Below, piece by piece: positions 1 to 9,200 of a stretch of DNA of 24,518 nt. The translations under genes and the position numbers were made by a program. The stretch's first letter is position 1. Each line of letters begins with the position of its first letter. The notes beneath the pieces were generated by a model. The model did no database searches and was not told the origin of the DNA. It saw only the letters and a program-made list of their open reading frames with translations. The DNA comes from Armatimonadota bacterium (GTDB lineage: Bacteria > Armatimonadota > Zipacnadia > Zipacnadales > UBA5352). The DNA lies in the NCBI GenBank assembly GCA_034722055.1, contig JAYENL010000244.1, positions 1-24,518 of the forward strand. Direction: 5' to 3'.

Positions 1-403
1 GTTGGGCTGGCCTCGCGCCTGTGGCGCTCGTGCGGCCCCTCCGACGGCAACGGCCGGCGCGGCACGCGTCCGCGCCCTACGACGAACGCCGCGTGCTGTC
101 CGTTTGTCGTATGGAGGGGCCGGACTACTGTCCGGCCCGCCGTTGACCAACAGGAGGCGAGGGGGGAACGACCGTGTTGGGCCGGCCTCGCGCCTGTGGC
201 GCTCGTGCGGCCCCTCCGACGGCAACGGCCGGCGCGGCACGCGTCCGCGCCCTACGACGAACGCCGCGTGCTGTCCGTTTGTCGTATGGAGGGGCCGGAC
301 CACTGTCCGGCCCGCCGTTGACCAACAGGAGGCGAGGGGGGGAACGACCGTCTCGGGCCGGCCTCGCGCCTTTGGCGCTGGTGCGGCCCCTCCGACGGCA
401 ACG
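1..403. repeat. Tandem array of ~175-bp units (about 2.3 copies visible, may extend left of the window), each a mosaic of REP-like palindromes (BIME-like)
   Basis: Units start at 1, 176 and 352. Units 1 and 2 differ by two substitutions and one G in a G-run. The third copy diverges after ~403. Each unit holds several hairpins, e.g. GGCGCGG-n7-CCGCGCC-CTAC at 56-80 and 231-255. Confidence 0.92.
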
Positions 404-413
404 GGGAACGGCC

Positions 414-472
414 GCAGGCTGGAAGCCTGCGCCACGAATTAAGAGAGATCGTGGGGCAGGCATCCTGCCTGC
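414..472. repeat. Divergent pair of GTGG-footed REP-like palindromes
   Basis: GCAGGCTGGAAGCCTGCGCCACG (414-436) and CGTGGGGCAGGCATCCTGCCTGC (450-472) are near reverse complements, and each is a short hairpin. Confidence 0.75.
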
Positions 473-501
473 CGCCGTTGACGTGAGGGGAGGAGCGACC
501 G

Positions 502-1839
502 ATGACGATGCTGATTGCTGAGCGGCGCGTGCCCGTAGTGGCTGAGTGCGACGTGCTGGTGTGCGGGGGAGGCCCGGCCGGCGTGGCCGCGGCGGTGTCC
601 GCGGCCCGGCATGGGGCGGAGGTGGTGCTGCTGGAGCGCTGGCCGCGGGTCGGCGGGATGATGACCTGTGCGCTGGTGACCATCTGGCACCGCTCCGACC
701 GCGAGAAGATCGTCATCAACGGGCTCGTCGAGGAGAGCACGCGCCGGGCCGTGGCGCATGGCTGGGGGACGGAGTACGGGAGTCCGCAGGGCCGGCACGA
801 GACCCATAACTTCGATCCCGAGGGCATGACGCTGGTCTGGCACCGGATGCTGGATGACGCCGGGGTGGGCACGCTCTGCTACACGGTGGCCGGGGAGCCG
901 ATCGTGGAGGATGGCCGCATCCGGGGCGTGCTGGTGGACAGCAAGCGCGGGCGCCGGGCCATCACCGCGCAGATCGTCATCGACTGCACCGGTGACGGGG
1001 ACATGGCCGCGAAGTCCGGCGTGCCCTTCGAGGTCGGTCGCGACTCTGACGGCCGGGTGCAGGGGATGACGATGATGTACCGCCTGTGCGGGATCGACGA
1101 GGAGCGGCTGGCGTCGCTCGGCGAACGTGAGCGCAAGGCCCTCGGCGAGCGGATGCGGGCGGCCATCGAGGCCGGTGAGCTGCCGCCCGCCAAGACCCAG
1201 AACCCGTGCGGCTACCGCAACCGCACGATCCCGAACATGGCGGCGGTGGCCGGAGACCCGCTGGACGAGGAGGAGCTGACGCGCCTGACCTGGCACGGCC
1301 GCGAGAACGTCTTCCGCTTCCTGGACTACTGGCGCCAGCATATCCCTGGCTACGGGCGCGCGCAGATCGAGCAGACCGGCTTCAGCCTCGGCATCCGCGA
1401 GTCCCGCCGTGTCATGGGCCGGAAGATGCTCACCGCCGAGATGGTGCTGGGGGCCGAGAAGCAGCCGGACGCCATCGGCCATGGCGTCTGGATGATCGAC
1501 GTCCACGACCCGCTGGGCAGCGGCTACACCACGTGGCTGGACCGGGGGGATGACAGCATGGTCCCTCGCGGCGAGAGCTACCACATCCCTCTGGGCATGT
1601 GCCTCAACGAGAGCATCCCGAACCTGGCGGTGGCCGGCCGCTGCGCATCATCGACGCACGAGGGGCACTCCTCGGTGCGGGTGCAGACCCACTGCATGGT
1701 GATGGGCCAGGGGGTGGGCACCTGCGCGGCCATGGCGCTGGACTCGGGGATGGCAATGCACGAGGTGCCGACGGAGCATCTGCAGGAGCGCCTGCGCGCA
1801 GACGGCGTCTACCTGGAGGACGTTCCGGCGGCGGGCTGA
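502..1839 (+). CDS. FAD-dependent oxidoreductase (FAD_oxidored-like family)
   Basis: N-terminal Rossmann motif DVLVCGGGPAG, IDCTGDGD, GIRESRR and C-terminal YHIPLG...NLAVAGRCAS. GGAGGAG RBS upstream. Confidence 0.9.
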   Translation: MTMLIAERRVPVVAECDVLVCGGGPAGVAAAVSAARHGAEVVLLERWPRVGGMMTCALVTIWHRSDREKIVINGLVEESTRRAVAHGWGTEYGSPQGRHETHNFDPEGMTLVWHRMLDDAGVGTLCYTVAGEPIVEDGRIRGVLVDSKRGRRAITAQIVIDCTGDGDMAAKSGVPFEVGRDSDGRVQGMTMMYRLCGIDEERLASLGERERKALGERMRAAIEAGELPPAKTQNPCGYRNRTIPNMAAVAGDPLDEEELTRLTWHGRENVFRFLDYWRQHIPGYGRAQIEQTGFSLGIRESRRVMGRKMLTAEMVLGAEKQPDAIGHGVWMIDVHDPLGSGYTTWLDRGDDSMVPRGESYHIPLGMCLNESIPNLAVAGRCASSTHEGHSSVRVQTHCMVMGQGVGTCAAMALDSGMAMHEVPTEHLQERLRADGVYLEDVPAAG

Positions 1840-2461
1840 GGGAGCTTTCCACACTGCTTTCCACAGCCGCTCCACTCTTCCGTCAACATCTGAATTCACA
1901 TTGTCGGCGGTTTTCCACCAGGTTTTCCCAAATGCTGAGAGCCCTGTACGGCCGAATGAGGAGCCTCAGCGCGCAATTACCAGGTTCGGCAGGCGCGCGC
2001 CGGCGAGCTGAGGCGGCTGGACTCGGTGGCGTTGTGCACAGCGCAGTGTGCAGGGCTTCCGGCAGCCTTGCTGAGGTCTCGGGGAAGGCAGGACAGCCGG
2101 GGCCTGAGCGTTGATGGTGGCCGGCATGGTATGGCAACTCGATGGGCAGTTGCGACGGGCCGTTCGCCGCATACACCGTAACGCGGACCTGGGCCTGACC
2201 TTCGTGGAGCGGACGGGCCTGCTCTCCCAGCGATATGCCAAGCGAGTAAGGAAGGCTCAGTAAGGACTGGTGTAGAGCTCAAGACCGCGCGGATGAGATA
2301 CGGGGCGGCTGAACTCATGGACTCGATGGCCTCGGCAGGTATGGAATGCGCGGCGTCACTCCGGGATGTAATAGCACTTATCATGCGCGCATAGACGAAT
2401 CGCCGACGCTGAGGACACTCAGTGCATGACGAGACACGGCTCGACCGGAGGGGGAGCTGGG

Positions 2462-2848
2462 ATGATCATCGAGATCGACTTCCGCAGCGAGGTGCCGCCC
2501 GCCCGACAGATCGCTGATGCCGTGACCCTCCGCGCGCTGACCGGCGCGCTCGCGCCAGGCTCCCCGCTCCCGGACGTCCGGGAGCTGTCCCTGCAGCTTC
2601 AGGTCAATCCCCGAACCGTCGAGCAGGCCTACCGGGTGCTGGTGGAGGCCGGCATCGCCGCCCGACAGGCCGGCGGCGAGCAGTTGCGCATCGCCCGCGA
2701 CCTGCCCCCGGCGGAGGAGGCCGGCGGCGCGCCCATCCGCCGCGCCATGCGCTCGGTGCTGGAGCGCGCCGGACGCATGGGCCTGTCGCGCGAGATGCTG
2801 CAGCGCACATTCCGCGACCTGCTGGAGGGCTACGATGCCGAGCGATGA
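2462..2848 (+). CDS. GntR family transcriptional regulator, YtrA-like subfamily
   Basis: Winged-HTH signature LPDVRELSLQLQVNPRTVEQAYRVL with a short C-terminal helix, overlapping an ABC ATPase gene. ATG 2462 chosen because of the purine-rich RBS. Confidence 0.88.
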   Translation: MIIEIDFRSEVPPARQIADAVTLRALTGALAPGSPLPDVRELSLQLQVNPRTVEQAYRVLVEAGIAARQAGGEQLRIARDLPPAEEAGGAPIRRAMRSVLERAGRMGLSREMLQRTFRDLLEGYDAER

Positions 2849-3727
2849 CCGCGTCCTCAGCGTCCGTGATCTGCACAAGAGCTACGGCCGCATCGAGGCC
2901 CTGCGGGGCCTGAGCTTCGACGTGCCCCGCGGGTCGTTCTACGGCCTCTTCGGCCGCAACGGCGCCGGCAAGACCACCACCTTCGACTGCGTCACCGGCC
3001 TGCTGGGCCGCGACCGGGGCGTCATCACGCTCCTGGGCGAGCAGTTCGGCTTCGAGCCCTCGCCCCAGACCAAGGCCCGCTTCGCCTACGTGGGCGGGCA
3101 CATCATGCTCTACGACTGGCTCAGCGTGGCGGAGCACATCGACTTCATCGCCGGCTTCTACCCCACCTGGGACCAGGCCCGCCGGGAGCGGCTGATAGGC
3201 TACTTCAAGCTGCCCGAGGACTACCCCGTGGGCGCGCTCTCGCCGGGCATGCACGTGCAGCTTCAGCTTGTGATGGCGCTGAGCCGGCATCCGGAGCTGC
3301 TCATCCTCGACGAGCCGGGGAACCTCGACCCGGTGGTGCGCCGCCGGCTGATGAGCACCATGCTGGAGATCCTGGAGGCGGAGGACGCCACCATCCTGAT
3401 GGCCTCGCACCTGATCGATGAGCTGGAGGGCGTATGCGATCACATGTGCATCATCGACCGGGGGCGGTCGCTGCTGGAGGGGCCGGTGGAGGAGCTGACC
3501 GCGGACGTGCGGGAGGTGCACTTCCGCGGCGCCGGCGGGGCGGCACTGGAGGTCGGCGGAGGCGTGCTGTCGGTGGAGACCATCGGGCCGGACCTGCGGG
3601 TGGTGCTGGCCGACTTCGCCGAGCAGCGCGCGGAGGAGATGCCCGCGAGCTCGGCGCCAGCTCCTGGGAGGCCGCCCGCCTGCGCCTGGAGGACTTCTTC
3701 GTGGCCCTCACGGAGGGACAGGAGTGA
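2835..3727 (+). pseudogene. ABC-2 type exporter ATP-binding protein (YtrB-like) with a 1-nt frameshift near 3641
   Basis: Walker A GRNGAGKTT, signature LSPGM, Walker B LLILDEP, H-loop ASH. The family-typical C-terminus ARELGASSWEAARLRLEDFFVALTEGQE* lies in another frame ending at 3727, while the 2835 frame runs on to 3752. Could be a sequencing error, and the ATPase core is intact. Confidence 0.75.
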
Positions 3728-3869
3728 GGCTCGCATCGCCGCGGGCTGCTGATCGCGAGGCTGTAGCAGGAGTGTGGCTCGCGCGGTCGGCGTCTACCTG
3801 CTGTGCGGGGTGGAGGTGTTCGTCCTCGGCTGGCTACTCATCAGCGTCATGGAGGTCTGGCGCTGTTAG
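3724..3869 (+). pseudogene. Probable remnant of the ABC permease gene
   Basis: GTGA overlap with the restored ATPase stop, a GLLIARL* fragment, then a hydrophobic stretch ARAVGVYLLCGVEVFVLGWLLISVMEVWRC* ending at 3869. Far too short for a permease. Confidence 0.45.
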
Positions 3870-3891
3870 CAGCGCGAATTGGAGGCCGGTC

Positions 3892-4079
3892 GCAGTTGAG
3901 GGAGAAGTGGACGCGGGAGGCGCGATGGGACTTTGACGACTTCCTGCTCTCACGAGGAACTCGCTGAAGTCCTGAGGCTGCCCTCGTTCGTGGCGGGAAG
4001 GGGCTACAACTACCTCAGCCGCGGGGAGTTCCTGCCCGGACTCGAAGAATACATGCTGGCACGAACCGGCGAGGGATGA
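3892..4079 (+). pseudogene. Orphan 3' gene fragment (hypothetical protein)
   Basis: Coding-like, GC3-rich frame HEELAEVLRLPSFVAGRGYNYLSRGEFLPGLEEYMLARTGEG* (stop 4077-4079), preceded by a shifted frame QLREKWTREARWDFDDFLL. No convincing start. Confidence 0.4.
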
Positions 4080-4296
4080 GACCCATCCGGGGGTGGATCG
4101 TGTGGCCGTGGGACCGCTGCGGCGATACCTTCAGGCGCTTCGAGACTATTGCGCTGACGTCAGCGTGCCCGGTTTCGGTGTGTCCCAAAGGGGGGTCAGC
4201 TACAGCCTTGACCGAACTATGCCAGAAAGAGGGGGCTGCCGCAGCCGAGGGGCTCCGGTAACGGCTCGCCGGCGCCGGAGATGGGTGCGAAGGGGT

Positions 4297-5922
4297 ATGG
4301 CACAGAGCAACTCCCATTGGGTCCGATTCTCGGCTTTCGTGCTGGCGGTCTGCCTGGCGAGCGTCGCCTACCCCTTCAGTGAGATGAAGGTCCGGTGGGT
4401 CGGCAATATCGTTGTCGCGGATGGACGAGCCTTCTTCTGGCAGCCCTGTGGTTCGCTGACCGCCATCGAGATCGCCACCGGAGATGTGGCGGTCCGCAAG
4501 ACCGACGAGGACCTCGACGGTCGGCTCATGGCGTACGAGACAGGGATCGCCCTCCGCGATACAGAGAGCCTCGTGGTGTGTGACTCCGATGTCAACAAGC
4601 TCTGGTCCGCGGACGGAGTCGTATCCGCGGGCGTTGGGGAAGGCTACGTGGTGTACAACGATGAGACCGGCCGCCTCACCTGCCGTCGCGCATCGAGCGG
4701 CGCTCAACTGTGGACGCGACAGTTTCCCGGTCGGCTGCAGATCGTCATCCGCAGAGGGATGATGCTGGTGTTCCGCTCCGGAACGACAGACGAGTTCTCG
4801 CAGCGGCTGGTCGTTCTGGGTGCCGACACCGGGGAGGCAATGCTGGAGGCCAATCCTCCCGCGGGTCGGACCTGGCTGTGGGCGTCTCTGCTGGAGCAGC
4901 GGGTCTATGTGGCGCTCAGTCGAGGGGACGATGAGGAGCATGCGACGCTGGCCATCCTGGATGTTGACGGCAGTACCATCAGCTCGCATACTGCGACCTT
5001 CTCCGCCGCTGCCAAAGACCCCGCACACTGGGCGTGGACGTTCGATCGGAAGGTGCTCACCGTGGATGGGGTCCGGCCGCTTCCGCCAGGGTTCAGTGAC
5101 GAGCGCCTGCGGCAGAGATTCGGCTACTACCTTCTCTACCCCATCGCGCCCGGGCTTCTGATCATCGGGGAGCCGGAGGGCGGCGATGTGGAGTCGAGAT
5201 TCCACTCGGTACGCTCCCAGTGGTGCGGCCGCGCTCCGCAACTGCTGAATCCTCTCTCCGTGGAGGCAGTGGCGAGCGCTGAGGACGCTATCCTGGTCGG
5301 CAGCACGCTGGGGCAGGTGGAATGCATCGACGCTGACACGGGCCTCTCGCGGTGGGTCTATCTCTTCCCGGTCCTCTACGGCGCCAGCTACTTCGCGCCT
5401 TTCGTGCCGCCACCATACTACGCGGAGAGAGCGGCAGAGTTCCGCCGTGAGAACGCCAAGCGTACTGCTCACGCTACCGTGCTGGTGGAGCGCAACGGCC
5501 GCCCGGTGGCTCCGCACCAGAGGGCCACGCCGCGCGTGGTGCGCGATCCCGAGCCCTGCGACCCATTCACGGATCTGCCCCTGCTGCTGACCATGGCGTG
5601 GGCGTGCGCAGTCTCGCCGTTTGCACTGCTGGGATTTGGCTTCCGCAGAGGCCAGTGGTCAGAAGGTTCTGCAGTCGCGCTCGGGTATGCGGCAGCGATC
5701 GTGATGGCATTGCCATGCCTCGGCCTGCTCACGTTCTGGAACCTGGCGTTGTCCTCGACCGTCGGCGTTGTGGCCTCCGCCGGGCTGCTGTGGCTCATCG
5801 GGCTCTGGGGCCTCATGTCGGCCGCCATGGACAGACGCTGGCTGGCCGGGGCGGGCCTGGCCGCTATCATTGCGGTCGAGACATGGTTCTTTATCGGCAC
5901 ATTCGCCTGGGCCTGGTTCTGA
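4297..5922 (+). CDS. Exported PQQ-like beta-propeller repeat protein with C-terminal transmembrane helices
   Basis: Signal-like N-terminus (FSAFVLAVCLASVAYP), propeller blade motifs (LTAIEIATGDV, RASSGAQLWT, VECIDADTGLSRW) and about 4 hydrophobic helices at the C-terminus. ATG 4297 follows AAGGGG; the ORF is open from 4093. Confidence 0.7.
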   Translation: MAQSNSHWVRFSAFVLAVCLASVAYPFSEMKVRWVGNIVVADGRAFFWQPCGSLTAIEIATGDVAVRKTDEDLDGRLMAYETGIALRDTESLVVCDSDVNKLWSADGVVSAGVGEGYVVYNDETGRLTCRRASSGAQLWTRQFPGRLQIVIRRGMMLVFRSGTTDEFSQRLVVLGADTGEAMLEANPPAGRTWLWASLLEQRVYVALSRGDDEEHATLAILDVDGSTISSHTATFSAAAKDPAHWAWTFDRKVLTVDGVRPLPPGFSDERLRQRFGYYLLYPIAPGLLIIGEPEGGDVESRFHSVRSQWCGRAPQLLNPLSVEAVASAEDAILVGSTLGQVECIDADTGLSRWVYLFPVLYGASYFAPFVPPPYYAERAAEFRRENAKRTAHATVLVERNGRPVAPHQRATPRVVRDPEPCDPFTDLPLLLTMAWACAVSPFALLGFGFRRGQWSEGSAVALGYAAAIVMALPCLGLLTFWNLALSSTVGVVASAGLLWLIGLWGLMSAAMDRRWLAGAGLAAIIAVETWFFIGTFAWAWF

Positions 5923-6004
5923 AGTACCCTGAGACTGCAGTGCCTGCTGGCTCTTGAGGCTTGCTCAGACGGGAGCACACCCACCAGCGGATGGACGTGG
6001 TGTA

Positions 6005-6166
6005 ATGTCATCAGACTGGGAGGCTCGGATGCTGCACCATCTGGCCCGGGAGGACGAGTTTGTCGCGGGGCATCGAGCGGTTCTGGAGGAATGCCCGGAC
6101 ATCCCGGAGGCGCATTACTTTCTGGCGCGAAGCCTGCCGTTCCGCAGCACGGACGCTCCCGAGTAG
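6005..6166 (+). pseudogene. Short ORF, possibly a truncated TPR protein
   Basis: MSSDWEARML...VLEECPDIPEAHYFLARSL resembles the start of a TPR repeat, then stops abruptly 39 bp from the convergent gene. Confidence 0.35.
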
Positions 6167-6204
6167 ACCCCTCGGGGTCTGAGGAACTCCGCAACTACGG
6201 CGGG

Positions 6205-9200
6205 TCACGGCAGCGGAGCGGCGTCGATGAGCCGGCCGTCGCGCAGGAGCTTCAGGCAGGCGGGCGGCGAGTCGGCGTCGGCCGGGAGCGAGATAGTGGC
6301 CTCGGCGGCGGCGGGCCGCTCGGCCAGCGTGGCGCCGTCGGCCGAGGACAGCGCCAGCGTGAGGCCCTCGACCTCGCCGGTCACGCTCGCGCGCAGCTCC
6401 TCGCCCGCGGCCTCCACGGACAGGCGCCTGGGGAGGTGCGCGATGCAGGCCACGTCGCCGTCGCGGAGCTTCAGCGCCAGGGCCTGGCCCCCGTCCGTGG
6501 GCACCGGCGCGAGCTCCTGGCAGCGCAGCAGCTCCATGAAATGCCAGCCCTCACGGGGCTCGGCGGCCACCAGAGGCTCCTCAACCGTGAAGCCGCGGGC
6601 GTTATACAGCAGCGTGATCTGCTTGCTCTGGGACGAGAGGCGGTTGGCGTAGACGCGCTCATGCAGGGTCGGGATGAGTGGCCGCCTCTCGCCGACCTCG
6701 AAGAGGTCGCTGCTCTCGTGCAGAATCCGGTAGTAGGCCGGCGGCTGGGGCGCCCCGAATCGGGCCATGGCGTTGAAGAGCTGCCAATCCAACGAATCGC
6801 CCTCGCCGCGGTCGAGGTCGCCGACCTTGCACTCCGGGAAGTAGAAGCGGAACAGGTTCACCGGGACGGGGCGGATGGGCCTGACATGTGACATGCTCTC
6901 GTAGACGATGCAGCCGTCCAGGAAGCGCGCCAGGTGATCGTAGCCGGGGAACTCGGTGGTGAGCACCAGCTCCGGATCGACCTGGTCCATGGCCTCATGC
7001 ACCAGCCGGCAGGCGCGGGAGACGGCCTGCAGCCAGGCGTTGTGGCCCGGCTCGGCGAAGAGGTGCTCGTGGTGAGGGCTGGTGCAGACGTAGCCGCGGT
7101 GGCCATACTCATCGAGACGCACGCCGCCCACGCCGGTGTCGCGGCAGACGCGGGCGACGGTCTCGGCGAGGTACTCGGGCCACCACCGGGTGTCGGAGCA
7201 CATGTTCCAGGAGGCGTAGCTGCCCACATAGCCCTCCGGGGTCTGGCCGGTGTTGTAACTGTCCTTCCACAGCGGGTTCATGACCCCGTACTGCCGGCCG
7301 TACTGCTCCCCGGTGTCGGTGGTGGCGCAGCAGAGGATGCCCTCCATGTAGAACATGGGCAGGATGCCGCGGTCGTAGTGCTGCTGGATGTAGTCGCGCA
7401 GAGCCGGCAGCCCGCCCCAGTCCTCGTTGTAGTGATAGTCGCCGCGATTGAGGGGGTACTCCAGCTTGCCGGTGGCGGGGTTGATCACCCAGTAGGACTT
7501 GTAACGCTCGTAGAGGGCCTCGCCGAGCTGCTCCTTGAGCTGATCCATGGGCACGTGCCACGGCCCCACCTCCGACCACTCCCACCATGACATCATCTCC
7601 AGCACGTCCCGGCCCTCCTGGAAGAAGTCGGTGCGGTAGCCATCCTCGCCGTAAAGGGGGCTCTGGCCCCAGCCGGTGGCGATGATGTTCCAGCGATCGC
7701 CGAGCTTCGACGGATGAGGGCGCCAGTCCCAGACGGCGTGCGCCCACTCGGCGTAGCGGCCCATGGCCTCATGCCAGTCGCCGGGATGCACCTCCACGAG
7801 CGCGTCGGGCGGTGCGAAGCTCTGGCCGGGCTCGCGGGTGCGCCGGAGGTACTCGAAGGTCAGCGCGGTGCCCGGGCCGGGATCGAGGCTCGACTGCCAG
7901 TACATCTCCGGCTCCATGTAGCGGCCGATGTCGGTGACGGAGTACTCCGGGACGAGCCGGAGGCCCTTGCGCATGGCGGGGCACTTGTAGAGGCCGGTCT
8001 CGTCGAGCCCGCGCAGGGCGAGCCCGCCGCCCAGCGAGGGCGAGAACAGGTCGATCATCTGCCACCACGCGGAGTTCTCGCCGTAGGCGGTGCGCAGCTC
8101 GGTGTTGGCGTCAGCGATGATGCCGCCCCAGGCCGGGAAGAGGTAGTAGTCCTCGCTCCAGTCCTCGGACAGCGCCAGGCCGCCGAGCTGCGGGAAGGCC
8201 AGCTTGAACTGCGCCGGGGCGTCGCCCTCGTTGATCAGCTCCAGGCCAAAGCGAAGCTGTCCCGCCGCGGCGAGGGCCAGCGTGAGCCGGGCGTTGAGAG
8301 CGTGCTCGGCCAGCAGCAGGTCCGCGGTGACGCCCTCTTGGTCCTGCAGCGGGACGAGGCCGCGCAGCTCGAAGTCCTCGGCGCCGAAGCGCTGGTCGCC
8401 GATCTCCACCACGAACAGGTGGGTGCGCTCGGGCTCCAGGAGCGTCTCCCGCCGCAGCCACTGGCTGTGCAGGGAGGTCATGCGCAGATTCGGCTCGGTC
8501 TGCAGGCGGCACTCGATGAGGGAGTCGTGCAGCACGACCTCGCCGGGCAGCACCTGGCACTGCGCGGCCCGGCGGATGGGGCCGCCGGCGGGCTGGGAGA
8601 TGGTGGGCGCCATGTTCACCGGGGGCGCGCTGGCGAGGTAGGGCCGAAAGTAGCGGAAGCCTACCTCGCGGATGACCGTCGCACCCTCGGCGGGGCCGCT
8701 GAAGCGGATGACATCCGGGTCCGACCAGGCGGGTACGGTGACGCCCGGTCGCTCGCCCTCCAGGCGCTCCAGCGTGAGCTCGGCACCCTGTGCGTCGAGG
8801 ACCACGGGGGTGGCAGAAGCGTAGACGGTCAGGTCGCGGGAGGGGTCGAAGGCGTCCGGGTCAAGCTCCATGGTCAGCGTCTGGCCGGCGCGGAGCTGGA
8901 GGCCGCGCTCGGTGACCTCACCGGTGGTCTGGGCATAGCCGATGGGCGGGACGGGCTGGGCCATCGGCCGCCAGGTGCTCTCGACGGTGGGCTCGTGCTC
9001 CAGCAGCACCAGGCGGACCATGTACTCCCCGGTGGCGTCGATGGTGTTGAGCTTGTCGGTCCGCCACGGCTCCTCGTGCTCGGTGTACTCGGAGTGCCCG
9101 TGGCTCTCGGTGTTGTCGATGCCCACGTAGATATAATCCTCCAGCGGAGGCTGGTCACCGGCGGCCTTCCGGAACTCGAAGACGTTGTCGCCCCGGACAA

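Noticed and set aside
1..403. CRISPR array
   Set aside because: Whole 175-bp units are duplicated with no unique spacers, and there are no cas genes in the window.
2..521. ORFs across the tandem repeat (2..442, 125..463, 174..521)
   Set aside because: They are translations of palindromic repeats. The 175-bp period is not a multiple of 3 and there is no coding-like composition.
1966..2384. Minus-strand ORFs 1977..2384 and 1966..2241
   Set aside because: No recognisable motifs, weak codon bias and no clear RBS.
2366..2386. YtrA-type operator (ATGTAATAGCACTTATCAT) upstream of the GntR gene
   Set aside because: AT-rich and plausibly placed, but the palindrome is too imperfect to call.
4176..4190. 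Possible IS end (GGTGTGTCCCAAA)
   Set aside because: A single short resemblance with no partner repeat or transposase.
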